A DNA stretch of 63,550 nt, filler included, from Chiloscyllium plagiosum (GCF_004010195.1; 4 parts of one record of this genome joined end to end with filler, not necessarily neighbours in it), one strand, 5' to 3'; positions 1 through 12,879 are shown, counted from the whole stretch's first letter. Numbers and translations are program-made. Notes: generated from the letters alone by a model not told the origin.

Positions 1-1821
1 ACCATGTTCCTGCATCCAGCTATAGGCTACATCACAATGTTACTGCATCCATACAGGCTACATTACCATGTTCTCTGCATCCAGTTACAGGCTACATCAC
101 CATGTTCTTGCATCCAGCTGCAGACTACATTACCATGTTCCCACATCCAGCTACAGGCTACATTACCATGTTCCCGCATGCAGTTACAGGCTACATCACC
201 ATGTTCTTGCATCCAGCTGCAGACTACATTACCATGTTCCCACATCCAGCTACAGGCTACATCACCATGTTTGTGCATCCAGTTACAGGCTACATCACCA
301 TGTTCCCGCATGCAGTTACTGGCTACATTACCATGCTCCTGTATCCAGCTATAGGCTACATCACCATGTTACTGCATCCAGCTACAGGCTACATCACCAT
401 GTTCCCGCATCCAGCTATAGGCTACATTACCATGTTACCGCATCCAGCTATAGGCTACATCACCATGTTCCCACATCCAGCTACAGGCTACATTACCATG
501 TTCCCGCATGCAGTTACAGGCTACATCACCATGTTTCCGCATCCAGTTACTGGCTACATTACCATGCTCCCGCATCCAGCTACAGGCTACATCACCATGT
601 TCCTGCATCCAGCTACAGGCTACATCACCATGTTTGTGCATCCAGTTACAGGCTACATTACCATGTTCCTGCATCCAGTTACTGGCCACATTACCATGCT
701 CCTGCATCCAGCTATAGGCTACATCACCATGTTACCGCATCCAGCTACAGGCTACATCACCATGTTGCTGCATCCAGTTACAGGCTACATCACCATGTTT
801 GTGCATCCAGTTACAGGCTACATTACCATGTTCCTGCATTCAGCGACAAGCTACATCACCATGTTACCGCATCCAGCTACAGGCTACATCACCATGTTGC
901 TGCATCCAGTTACAGGCTACATCACCATGTTCCTGCATCCAGTTACAGGCTACATCACCATGCTCCCGCAACCAGTTACAGGCTTCATCACCATGTTCCC
1001 GCATCCAGTTACAGGCTACATCACCATGCTCCCGCAACCAGTTACAGGCTACATCACCATGTTCCTGCATCCAGTTACAGGCTACATCACCATGCTCCCA
1101 CAACCAGTTACAGGCTTCATCACCATGTTGCTGCATCCAGTTACAGGCTACATCATCATGTTCCCGCAACCAGTTACAGGTTCCATTATCATATTTCTGC
1201 ATTCAGCGACAAGCTACATCACCATGTTCCTGCATCAAGTTACATGCTACATCGCCATGTTCCTGCATCCAGTTACAGGCTACATCACCATGTTCCTGCA
1301 TCCAGCTATAGGCTACATCACCATGTTACCGCATCCAGTTACAGGCTACATCACCATGTTCCTGCATCAAGTTACATGCTACATCGCCATGTTCCCTGCA
1401 TCCAGTTACAGGCTACATCACCATGTTCCTGCATCAAGTTACATGCTACATCACCATGTTCCTGCATCCAGCTATAGGCTACATCACCATGTTACCGCAT
1501 CCAGTTACAGGCTATATCACCATGTTCCTGCATCCTGCTATAGACTACATCACCATGATCCTGCATCCAGTTACAGGCCACATCACCGTGTTCCTGCATC
1601 CAGTTTCAGGCTACATCACCATGTTTCTGCATCCAGCTATAGGCTACATCACCATGTTCCTGAATCCAGCTACAGGCTACATCATCATATTCCCGCATCC
1701 AGCTATAGACTACATCACCATGTTCCTGCATCCAGCTACAGGCTACATCACCATGTCCCTGCATCCAATTACAGGCTACATCACCATGTTTCTGTTTCCA
1801 GCTATAGGCTACATCACCATT
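1..1821. repeat. 33-bp minisatellite, ~55 copies (probably continues left of window)
   Basis: Consensus ACCATGTTCCTGCATCCAGTTACAGGCTACATC repeated head-to-tail; explains the 11-aa periodic ORFs (MFLHPVTGYIT / HHVPASSYRLH / SPCSCIQLQAT). Confidence 0.97.
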
Positions 1822-1844
1822 TTCATGCAAGGAATATAGTCGAG

Positions 1845-2111
1845 GAGCAGGCCATACGGCCTGTTGAGTCCACACCAACCAACTGAAGAGCATCCCACCC
1901 ACCCCTTCTCTGTAACCCCCCATTTCCCCATGGCTAATCCAAGTAACCGAGACATCTTTGGACTGTGGGTGGAAACTGGAGCACCCAGAGGAAACCCATG
2001 CAGACACCATGGGAAAACGTGCAAACTCCACACAGATAGTCATCCCACCATGGAATTGAACCTACGTCCCTGGTGCTGTGAGGCAGCAGTGCTAACCACT
2101 GAGCCACCGTG
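1845..2111 (-). mobile_element. HE1-type tRNA-derived SINE
   Basis: Reverse complement of CACGGTGGCTCAGTGGTTAGCACTGCTGCCTCACAGCACCAGGGAC...GGTTCAATTCC head (A/B boxes) plus TGTGTGGAGTTTGCAC core. Confidence 0.88.
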
Positions 2112-2603
2112 TCAAACTAGTTCAGAGTTATAAGGGAAGATCACAAAAAGCGGAGCTACTCAGCTTGCAAAGTAGTTGTTGACAGGTGATCTTATCCAGG
2201 TAAATAAGATAATTCAGAGAATAAACAGTGATAACTTTCAAAGGCTACAATGGGGAGCCTTTAGCTATCCAAAACAAAATATATTGATCATTATCTTATG
2301 ACCTGTTCGGGTCAAAAACTGATTGAAATATTTATTTGGTAACTAGTACTGCCAAATATCCCTATATTGGAGTTCTGCTACAACTTGTCTGAAGTCTGTA
2401 TCAGCATAAGAGGAATGAGCTGATATTTAGAAGTTTAGCTCTGGCATCTACTGGTCTCTGCTGTACACCTCCTTCCTCCTCAATTGCTTACATCAGAAAA
2501 TATCTCAACAGGAATAAGATAAAGACAACACCTGATTGATTCAGACAGCAGGAATGAGTTGAAATTATTCAACATCTATTAATAATGAATCAACATCTAT
2601 TCT

Positions 2604-4208
2604 ATTGAATTGAATTTATTGTCCCGTGTACTGAGGCACTGTGAAAAGCTTTGTCTTCCGAGCAATACAGGCAGATCACAGAGTTAAATAACATAGATGA
2701 GTAAATAGTAAGTAAACAGCAGCAAAAACAAAAACACAGGTACAGGCAAATGTTAAGAGTTTGTGAGTCCATTCAATATTCTAACAACAGTAGGGTAGAA
2801 ACTATTTTGAAACTGGCTGGTGCGTGTGTTCAGGCTTCTGTATCTCCTCCCCAATGGTAGAGGTTGTAGAAAAACATTGCCAGGGTGGGATGGATCTTTG
2901 AGAATGCTGCTGGCCTTTCCTTGACAGCGGGCCTGGTAGATGGATTCTACAGATGGGAAGTTGGTCTTTGTGATTGTCCGAGCCGAGTTCACCACCCTCT
3001 GTAACTGTCTCCGATCTTGAATGGTACAGCTGCCATACCAGGTAGTGATACATCCAGACCGAATACTCTCGATGGCACATCTATAAATATTTGCAGGAGT
3101 ATTCATTGTCACGCCAAATTTCCTCGACTGCCAGAGGAAGAAGAGACATTGTTGGGCCTTTGTAACCAGTGCACCCACATGAAGAGTCCAAGTAAGCTTT
3201 TGTGGATAACCACTCCCAGGTGCTTGACAGTCTCCAATCGTTCAACCTCTGTGCTGTTCATGTGTGTGTGGGCGGGGGGGTGTTATGAGTAACATCCTGC
3301 TGAAAATCAATAATAAGTTCCTTGGTTTTGCCGGCATTGGGAGCTAGGTTGTTCTCAGTGCAGCAGTTTTCCAGGTCTTCCACCTTCTGTCTGTAGACTG
3401 TTTTGTTGCCATCTGAGATGCGACGACTATGGTGGTGTCATCAGTGAACTTGTAAATGGGCCTGGTATTTGGTGACACAGTCATGGGTATACAGTGAGTA
3501 CAGTATGGGGCTGAGTACGCACCTCTTCACTGATTGTGGCCTGTGGTTCAGAAAACTGAGGATCCAGTTTCAGAGAGTGGGGCTTAGTCCGAGATCATTA
3601 AGTTTAGTAATCAGTCTCAATGGGATAACAGTGTTGAAGGCTGAGCTGTAGCCAATGAGTAGGATTCTTACGTAGCTGTTCTTCATGTCAAGGTGTTCTA
3701 GGGAGGAGTGAAGGGCAAGTGATCTGGCACCTGATGTGGATCTGTTGGTCCGATAGGCAAATTGGAGTGGGTCAAGTGTACTGGGGAGGCTGGAGTTGAT
3801 TAATGCCATGACCAGCCTTTCAAAGCACTTCATGACCACTGAAGTTAGGGTCACTGGGCGGTAGTCATTGAGACATGCTGCATGAGCCTTCTTAGGCACA
3901 GGGATTATGTTGGCCCTGTTGAAACAGGCAGGGACAGTAGCCTGCTGCAGGAAGAGATTGAAGACGTCCAAGAAGACCTCTGCCAGTTGATCTGTGCATG
4001 CTTTCAGTGCACGGCCTGGTACCCTGTGTGGTCCCGTCGCTTTCCTTGGATTCACACGAAGGAAAACTGATCTGACCTCTGATGCAGTGACTGTTGGGAT
4101 AGGCTCGTCAGGACATGTCGAAATAGGTGTTACGTCTCCGTCGATATTCTGCTCAAAGTGAGCAAAGAAGGCATTGAGATGATCTGGAAGGGATGTGTCA
4201 TCATCTAC
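2604..4208 (-). mobile_element. Rex1/Babar-clade LINE, 5'-truncated and degenerate (RT and 3' end)
   Basis: ORF 3570-4055 has KATGP..VPGRALKAC.DQLA..F..CLNDYRPVTLTSVVMKCFERLV..LDPLQFAYRTNRST; ORF 2753-3178 has YRCAIESI..GCITTWYG..LQRVV..DPSHP..RRYRS..SFYP; ATTGA-type tail at left end. Confidence 0.9.
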
Positions 4209-4669
4209 CTGAAAAAAAATCTAATTTCTCTTGCAAGACAAGAAATGGAAAGTTAAAATAGTTGTAGTAGCTGTATTAATAAGATTGTTGCTTAAACCAG
4301 AAGCAGAGTACTTCAGTTAGAGTGATCAATGGGTTTAGGACACAAGTGTTGTTGCCACTGGATTTATTTTTCCATTTTTTAACTGTACATTATCTGGAGT
4401 AACAGCCTCTGACAACATTATGCTAGTGACTGCTTTTGAAAATGTAACTGGCACTTACCTACTGTTCAGTATAATGAAAAGCATTGTAGTGCAGTACACA
4501 AACAACAATTTGTAAGCAGATTCATCATATACCATAATGTTCAATTTTACTGCTTGCTGTACATAAACGTGCACTTTCCTTCCACAAGTACATTTCCTGG
4601 GCCTTTCCCAATATTTTATGAAATTGATTTCCTTCTTCAGTCATTTAATTTTATGTACTTAATAAGAGT

Positions 4670-5600
4670 CAATAGAAACACAGGAACAGGAGTAGGCCTT
4701 TTAGCCTCTCAAGCCTGTTCTCTCACTGAATAAGGCCATAGCTGACCTAACTCCTTCTACCAGCCTTTGTTCCATATCCCTGAACAACTCTGCTTATCTA
4801 TCCCAGATGTAAAATTAACATCGAGCACCCACTGCCACTTGTGGAGGACAATTCCAAATATTTTCCACCCTTTGTATATAGACATGCTTTCTAACATCTC
4901 TTCTGATCGTCTGGCCCTAATTATGGGAACATATGAACAGGTTTAGGCCATTCAGCCCCGTAACTCTGTTCTACAAGTCAATGAATATGCTATGCTCTCT
5001 AGTTCTACAGTACCCAAGCAGTAGAAATAGTTTATCTTAATCTACCTGATATTTTCCGTTACTATCACAAAGTCTTCTACCAGATTACCCCGTAATCATC
5101 CAAATTCTATTGAAAATAGGTCTAATTTGTAGAATCTTTCCTTAAAACTTAACCCATGAAGTCCAGGTATCATTGTGCAAACATATGTAGTACTCCCTCC
5201 AAAGTCATATATCCTTCCTAAAGTGTGCAGCCCAGATCTGCTCACAGTAATTCAAGTGGGGTTAAATCAGGGTTTTGCATACTGCAGCATAACATCAGCA
5301 TTCTTATACTCCTGTCCTCTATATATAAAAACCAGCATTCTGGAAGCTCTCTTGATTATTCTCTGAACCTGCTTATGGCATTTTAAAGACCTATGCACCT
5401 GAATCCCCAAGTCGCTGCTGTATTTAGCTTCATACCATCTAGAAAGAACCTGTTTTTATTTTAGTTCAAAATGAATACATCCACACTTACTTAAATTGAA
5501 TTCCATCTGTCACAGCTTTGCCCATTCACTTCGTCTAACAATACACCTTTGAAATAATTTGCTATCTTCTACACTATCTAAAGTGCTGCCTAACTTTGTG
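4670..5600 (-). mobile_element. Old CR1-type LINE fragments
   Basis: Degenerate reverse CR1 3' tail (ACAGGAGTAGGCC..CAGCC) and 3' RT-region motifs. Confidence 0.6.
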
Positions 5601-5955
5601 CTTGCGGTTCAAATGTGGATATGATGCCGTATTTCAGCTGAAAGGAAGTGGATATTCCAGGCTGGATTTACATCCTTGAGGTGAGTAGAGGACATCAGGA
5701 AAATTCTCAGCTCGGCCTGAATGCCTCTATGGAAAGTGCTTGCCACTGTGGGATTTTCATGGGAAGTGGGCGGATGCAGGTCTGCTGGTTCAGGAGAACA
5801 GTTCCAGGGCAACAATCAAGGCTGCTGGTGTCAAAGTGTGCTGTTTAAGAGACGTGTCTTGAGGTATGTGACTTCATCCTAGTTATATAGGAACACAGGA
5901 TGGGAATTAGGCCATTCAAACCTGCTCCAACATTCAATGAGATCACAACTGACCT

Positions 5956-6031
5956 GGGGTTGTGGTCTCAGCCCGGAGTTGTGGTCTCAGCCCGGGGTTG
6001 TGGTCTCAGCCCAGGGTTGTGGTGTCTGCTC
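5956..6031. repeat. 19-bp minisatellite, ~4 copies
   Basis: GGGGTTGTGGTCTCAGCCC units at 5956, 5975, 5994, 6013. Confidence 0.9.
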
Positions 6032-6406
6032 CACTTTCCTGTCTCCTCCCAAGAACCACTGACACTTTTGTCTTGCAAAAATCTGTCTCAAACTTGAATT
6101 ATTTTATTTTCTCAGAGTTCAATCCTCAGAGAGAAGAATATTCTTGTCATTCCAGTTTTAAAAGTGAGACCTCTTACTTTTAAGCTGCCTCCGGTGGATT
6201 TGGATTTGGTTTCCTCCACAATATCTTCTGGGAAACATCCTCTAGTATTCACCTAATCCAGTGCCCTCAAAATCATGTAGCTTTCAATAGGATCAGCTCT
6301 CATTCTTCTAAGTTTCAATTTGTAAAATTCTAACCTATTCAATCTTTCTTCAATCTTCCATCTGACAAATGAGTAAAATGGCCCTTCTCTAAACTGTTTG
6401 TAAAGC

Positions 6407-6537
6407 ATAGAGTCATAGAGATGTACAGCACGGAAACAGACCCTTCGGTCCAACCCGTCCATGCCGACCAGATATCCCAACCCAATCTAGTCCTACCTGC
6501 CAGCACCCGGCCCATATCCCTCCAAACACTTCCTATT
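6407..6537 (-). mobile_element. Short CR1/HER1 3'-end insertion inside an older CR1
   Basis: ATAGAGTCATAGAGATGTACAGCACGGAAACAGACCCTTCGGTCCAAC is the reverse of the 3' tails at ~20150-20193 and ~45150-45200. Confidence 0.85.
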
Positions 6538-6902
6538 TTCAAATAAGGAAAATAAAACACTCAACGATACTTCACATGTGATCTTATCAAGACCCTGTCT
6601 TGTTGCAGTAATTCCAAGGATATATAATGAGGCTTGGCTCAGAGCCAAAAATATCCATTAGTGTTGAGAGAATCAAGTCCCACTGAACCCATTGCTTGAT
6701 TGACAGGCCTGGCTCTCTGACACCATCTTTCAATTACACAACTTTTATTTATAAAAGTAGAGGTTCAAGTGCTTGCAGTTTTTGCTACTGATATTTAATG
6801 GCCTGATTGACACTTTTATTAGCCTGTAGCAAATTCAGATGGAGGGCTTTTCTAACAGACAGTGGACAGCTATTAACGAATGCCCTTTTTAAAAGACTGT
6901 TT

Positions 6903-7100
6903 ATAGAACATAGAACAATACAGCGCAGAACTGGCCCTTTGGCCCTTGATGTTGCGCCAATCTGTGAACTAATCTAAACCCATCCCCCTATACTATCCAA
7001 TCATCATCCATATGCTTACCTAAGGACTGTTTAAATGCCTCTAATGTGGCTGAGTTAATTACATTGGCAGGCAGGGCATTCCAAGCTCTTACCACTCTCT
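6903..7100 (-). mobile_element. CR1-type LINE 3' end
   Basis: (TAGAACA) tail; minus ORF QRVVRAWNALPANVINSATLEAFKQSLGKHM is typical CR1 C-terminus. Confidence 0.85.
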
Positions 7101-7739
7101 GAACATATTCCACTGTCACTATGGGGTGAACTATACTCTGCAGTGTATAGTGGATGAATATACAGCAATTACTATGGTTTGGCATGGGTGCACGAGGAAC
7201 TGTATGGCATGGGTGAAGAGCATATATTGGCTTGTGGGCATGAGGAGTGATAGAGATAGGTGAAGGGGCATACTCTTGCCATGGTGATGGTGGTGATGGT
7301 GGTGGTGGTGGGGAGGGGGGGGGGGGGGCGGGGGAGGCAGGGCGATCGTTTAGGATTTACCTTGCAAAAGGTTCCCCTGTTTACCATACCTCTAATGTGC
7401 TGTGAAAGACAAAGTTTTGAAAAGATGACCCAACTCCTTGAAAATTTGTAATGGAATAGCACATGTCTATTCTAACAATGAAGCCAGCCAGATCAGATGT
7501 GCACGGTGCAGGCTGATAATCTGAACCAGTTTTGACCAGTGAAAAATGCACTCCAACAGTGAAGACCCCAGGTCTCTTCCATCTGACTTCTTCAAAGTAC
7601 AGGCAAATATTTCTTGCCAAGTCTTCAAATGCTCCTTAGAACACTTAGTTCATGTAATAATTGGTAAGGGGAAAGAAACACAATTTTTATTAATCGGTTT
7701 TCATTTTCATTACAGGAATGAATGAGCTTTGAAGGAAGA

Positions 7740-8160
7740 ACAGAAATTGCTGGAAAACCTTAGCAGCTCTGGCAGCTCCATCCATGGAGATAGTGACGAC
7801 TGCAAATGCCGGAGAGTCAGAGTGGATAAAAAGTGGAGCTGGAAGAAGCGCAGCAGGTCAGGCAGCATCTGAGGGGCAGGGGAGTCGATGTTTCAGGTCT
7901 GGACTTTGCATCAAGACTGGGAAAGAGGGCTATGAAATAAATGGGGGGAGGTGGAGCTGGAGGAAAGGTGGGTGGGATGGCGATAGGTGGATACATGGTC
8001 AGTGGGAAGGGTGAAGCAGATAGGTGGGAAGGAAAGTGGACAGGTTGGGTCAGGCCAAGGAGAGAGAGGGCTGGGCATGGGATGAGTTGGTGGGGGGTTT
8101 GGGGTGGTGGGGAGATTTGGAAGCTGGTGACTCTATGTTAAAGCTGCATGGTTGTAACTC
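7740..8160 (-). mobile_element. Degenerate Penelope-like element terminal repeat
   Basis: GCTGGAAGAAGCGCAGCAGGTCAGGCAGCATCTGAG..GTCGATGTTTC matches the family at 16140, 47275 and 59749. Confidence 0.65.
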
Positions 8161-10609
8161 CAGTTACAAGAAGGCCTAATAAATTTTTTGCAGTCAAAAT
8201 GTCAAATAGATCAAAGGTGAGAAACATCTTCAATGAATTTCAAGTGGCTAATGTTGAAAAGTGTCCGAACTACTGACTAAAAGAGCTTTTCCCTTGCTAA
8301 CCGTATACATGTTACAGGGGGAAAAGAAACTGCAATTAATCACAAAGATCTAGTTTTAAACAGCACACATGAACCCATTATGAAGATGCAGATCTAAAAA
8401 TCTTTTGGTTTGCTTGTTACTTGTAGGTCGAAAGATAATTAAGTAAAGAACAAAGACAATAACAATTGAAATTCAAATTATTTCCAAGCATTTATTGTTA
8501 CAATTTGGTTATATCTCCATGAGCATATATTATCTGCAAGTAATATTAGGTTGAAGTAAAAGGTTTTTTTTGTTTTACAGAGTAGTGTAAGAGCTGTCTC
8601 ACTGTCTGAGGAAAACATTCATCCATCAAGTAAAATATGCAAAATACCTAACAGCAAAAATACGGTTGATGCTGCAGTGAATATTCAACAGATTGGGATT
8701 GTGGCATTTGTGCAGAGAGAAATAGAATTAACACTTTAGGTCAATTGCTCTTCTTCAGTAGAACAGAATGCATAAGGGGCTAGAGACTTCCCACATACTG
8801 TAGGATTCAAATGCAAAGCAACTTGCAAATTTTGGAAGAGATTTCAAAAAGAAGTTGATTGTGATCAACTTTAAAAATACAAAAAACCTTCAGGGTTTTC
8901 AGTCTAAATTGTTTCACTTAGTTTATGCGAGATTGTAGCTATTCACATTATGAGAATGAAAGCAACTGTGGATTACAGAACACATAGAAAGATCCTGCAA
9001 AAACATCATACTGACAGAAAACTAAAACATTGCTTTTATCCAATTTCGATCAGTTGTGCTTCGCTGTATTCTTAGTCGCACAATAGAAATTACGTTCCTC
9101 ATTTGTGCGTAAAATAGCATTCTATCATTTCGGAAATGCAGAATCCTTACAGTGACAACAGAGTTAATTAAAAAAAGTTGCAAAATTTAACAGTAACCTA
9201 TATGATTCACACTGGTCTCTGAAAACCTGACACAGTCATTTATGCTGGGAGCATTCCATTTAAAGGTTCAGGGTCACAAACTTTCACGCCTGAGCTCCTC
9301 AAGACTGTAAAAGCACTGTACTGTTTTACAGGTCTTGTTAACCTAGTCACTTTGTTTGAATGACATAGATTCAACTCATGCTCCATTAACAATAAAGGGT
9401 TCTTGAGAGAAGGTCAGCAACCACATTTCAAGGGATTATTCCACTTCCTATAAAACACTTTATAGTTGTTTGGTAAGATCCAACTTCTGTTCATTTCATT
9501 TTGACTTACAAAGAGAACAATCAAAATTAACTTCAATGCTTCGTCAAGTGTTCCTCAAGTATGAACTACTGTACTGGTTTTAACTGAAGATAATTCTGAA
9601 CAACCAGCAGTAAGTTACATTCACAAAGTTAGAACAAGAACACATTGGAGCTTTACAGTGCTAAGTGATGGCACATTGTTCCTCTGGATTGAAACTCCAT
9701 ACTTTAATGCAGAACTTTCATTGGCATATGGCAGATATTTTAATTCATACCCATTACTAGACATAACCATTAGACCTCCGTAATAGTCATCCATTTGACT
9801 TCATACATAATTTGAATTTACCTACATTTTTGAATCAAATCATTTGTGAATTAAAATGCTTCCCAAATGTTTTCCCAATGTGACCCCATTTTAATGCCTC
9901 ACACCTTATGTGACTACAGATTGAAAATCTAATAGGGGTGGGGGGTATGGAGAAGGGGCGGCGGTATGAGAATTATTGAATGATGAAAAGTGATGGCTAG
10001 GGCAAGGCTCCAGTTGTTGGGCTGTGGGGTCGCAGCTGCCAGTACAGCCTTTGAACTCACAACCCCAAGATCTCCAGGGGGGTGGGTCAACATCCATGGC
10101 TTGGGATGCCTTGTTGTAAACTGTAGTCAACATTCCTAAGAATGCTAAATATACACAGTTATTATGTCTATGACAGCAAAGAATCTCAAAAGGCCAAGAA
10201 ATCTATCCCTTTGAAAAATTAAATATGTATATTTTGAACTTTTTGGATCAACACAAAATATGGCAAGACTGTAGTAGTTATTTGCACCAGAAAGTGCTTG
10301 GGTCAGATAAGCTTTACGAAGAGCTTTATTGTCCTATTTATAAACAGCCCCATAATTTCATCGTAGTTTAACCACTATTTTGTAAAGAAAAATCAGTAGT
10401 ACATTACCCAGTGCTCCTACTTATAAAACTCAAATGACCAAATTATTGTAAAAAGGTGGGACATGTCTTGTGAGGCATTTCAAAACTTACATACATGTTT
10501 ATTATCATCTCATGATCCATTCAGTCATCTTCAAAACAACTCTTAAATGTTCAAATGTGATTTGCCTTGAACAAAAAAATCCATGCTGGCTGCCTTAATG
10601 AAACTGAGA

Positions 10610-10770
10610 CAGAAACAGAGATTGCTGCAAAAGTAATTGGAGTTCTGAGGAAGGGTCACTCGACCCAAAACGCTAATTCTCTCCACAAATGCTGCCAGAC
10701 CTGCTGAGCTTTTCCAGCAATCTCAATTTTTGTCTCTGATTTACCAGCCTCCACAGTTCTTTCGGTTTTG
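10610..10770 (+). mobile_element. Short Penelope-like terminal-repeat remnant with decayed hammerhead motif
   Basis: CTGAGGAAGGGTCACTCGACCCAAAACG at 10645 followed by GCTGCCAGACCTGCTGAGCTTTTCCAGC. Confidence 0.6.
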
Positions 10771-11151
10771 ATTTTTCCCTAATGAAATTCTTCGCTGCTA
10801 AATCCTTTCTCATTTTATTTTAGGTTACGGACTGAATAATCACTGTTAAGCATTTGGCCCGATGTCATGAGAAAATGTGTGGCACTGTCATACGCAGCAA
10901 AGAAGCTGAACATCGCCGATACGTTACCATCAGGAGGCAACTCGGGGCTGTAGATGGAGAGGGTTATCCAATTACCAGTGCCGAACATATCCTGTTGCTG
11001 GCATCCCACATTTTTAAAAGTATCTGTGGAGTATGCATGCAGATGCAACCCAGAGGTGAGAAGGATGGAACTGCTGGGATAAGGGTGAAAGAAGGAATTG
11101 TTGTCCCACGTTGCAATGATGCCTACTTTTGAGGCTTTTGTGGAAATTGTT

Positions 11152-11438
11152 GGGGCAGCATGGTGGCTCAGTGGATTGCGATGTTGCCTCACAGTGCCAG
11201 GGACCCGGGTTCGATTCCAGCCTCAGGTGACTGTCTGTGTGGAGTTTGCATATTCTCCCTGTGTCTGCGTGCGTTTCCTCCCACAATCCAAAGATGTGCA
11301 AGTTAGGTGGATTAACCATGCTAAATTGCCCACAATGTCCAGGGATGTGCAGGCTAGGTGGATTAACCATGGGAAATGCAGGGTTACAGGAAATGTGCAG
11401 CAGCTCATGTGAGATGCTCTTCAAAGGGTCATACATGG
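11152..11438 (+). mobile_element. HE1-type SINE
   Basis: GGGGCAGCATGGTGGCTCAGTGG...GGGACCCGGGTTCGATTCC head; internal duplicated GATGTGCA(A/G)G(T/C)TAGGTGGATTAACCATG. Confidence 0.9.
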
Positions 11439-11811
11439 AACAATATAAAGCATGCAAAAAATTTAGGAAGCACAACAACATGATGAAGAATGTATCCAAA
11501 TAAAAACAAAATTGTCTGGAAGGCTGGGCAAACTATTTAGCAAATAACGTTACACTGCATCATTACTATGAGCAGCGTAAACATCATAATGACTTGCCGA
11601 TACCAACAAACTTAGACTTGAAATGCTTGATAGAATTCATCAAGTTCTTAGGAATTACAAAATTTGCACAAATGCAATAATTAGATTTTTTACATGTCAC
11701 AGATTCACCCGAATATCTTTAAACAACTGGAAAAGCTTGGTAAAGCATTCATTCAATCAAAACATTATTGGAAAAGGACAACAACTTAAATCTTGCATGA
11801 CTTCTAACCGT

Positions 11812-12004
11812 CGAGAATGTAGTGCTGGAAAAGCACAGCAGGTCAGGCAGCATCCGAGGAGCAGGAGAATTTTGGGCATAAGCTCAGGGCTTATGCCTGA
11901 AATGTCGATTCTCCTGCTCCTAAGATGTTGCCTGACCTGCTGTGCTTTTCCAGCACTACAGTCTCAACTCTGAGCTCCAGCATCTGCAGTCCTCACTTTC
12001 TCCT
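11812..12004. mobile_element. Foldback Penelope-like remnant (two inverted terminal-repeat fragments)
   Basis: GTAGTGCTGGAAAAGCACAGCAGGTCAGGCAGCATC is the reverse complement of GATGTTGCCTGACCTGCTGTGCTTTTCCAGCACTAC (1 mismatch). Confidence 0.8.
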
Positions 12005-12542
12005 GGCTGACTTCTAATCGTGCCTCAGAATCAACTACCAATCATCATTGAGAATGACCACAACGGAGTGAAAAGGTAGGAGAAAAGTTAAGAAACAACC
12101 AGGCTAGAATTGTTAATCAAAAGTACAGAACAAAAATTGTTACCACAGCAGCGGCCAGGGTGAGAGTATCGATAAGAGACTGAAAGAGAGAAGGAATGAT
12201 CGGAGAAAAGACACAATTAATAAGATTATATTCAAGGGAAAAGAAGAAATTTGAATACATTGATCATCATCAATGAACAAGAAACTTATAAAAATGTGCA
12301 ACTCTTTCCCAGAAGAACAAGCAATCTCTCCCACCACCCGGTTAAGAAATACTCAGACTGATAAAGGGTAGAATGCAGAGCACCCAAGACTGCAGAATGG
12401 GACTAGAACCAGACCAGGGAGATTGGTCAAACCCCCACAAAGACTTACCCTGTAAAGTATCAGACTTTGGTCCATAAGGTGGATAAAGACTTGGGGCAAG
12501 ATGTATAGCAATGAGACATCAGAACAATAGCTGGTCCTTTCG

Positions 12543-12860
12543 TGCAGCATGGTGGTTCAGTGGTTAGCACTACTGCCACACAGCGTCAGAGATCTGGGTT
12601 CAAATCCATCCTCAGGCGACTGTCTGTGTGGAGTTTGCACACTGGCCCCCCATGTCTGCAAGGGTTTCCTCCCACATTCTGAAGACGTTCAGGTTAGGTG
12701 GATTGGCCATGCTAAATTGTCCACAATGTCCAGCGATGTGCAGGCTAGGTGGATTAACCATGGATATATTTGGATAGGCTAGTGGGTGGATGTGGATGGG
12801 ATGCTCTTCAGAGGGTTGATATGGACTCGATGGGCTGAATGGCCTGCTTCCACACTCTGA
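12543..12860 (+). mobile_element. HE1-type SINE
   Basis: tRNA-like head, core, and GGGCTGAATGGCCTGCTTCCACACT tail. Confidence 0.9.
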
Positions 12861-12879
12861 TAACAATGTATAAAGATGT

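Noticed and set aside
1..1821. CRISPR array
   Set aside because: Units are contiguous with no unique spacers, there are no cas genes and the context is vertebrate
68..1886. 469-aa and 594-aa ORFs as His-rich or repeat proteins
   Set aside because: By-product of a stop-free 33-bp unit; several frames are open at once, indels shift frames and there is no unique domain
11152..11230. tRNA genes at SINE heads (also 2040-2111, 12543, 12880, 19308, 26815-26885, 59024)
   Set aside because: A/B boxes run into the HE1 core and LINE-like tail, so these are SINEs
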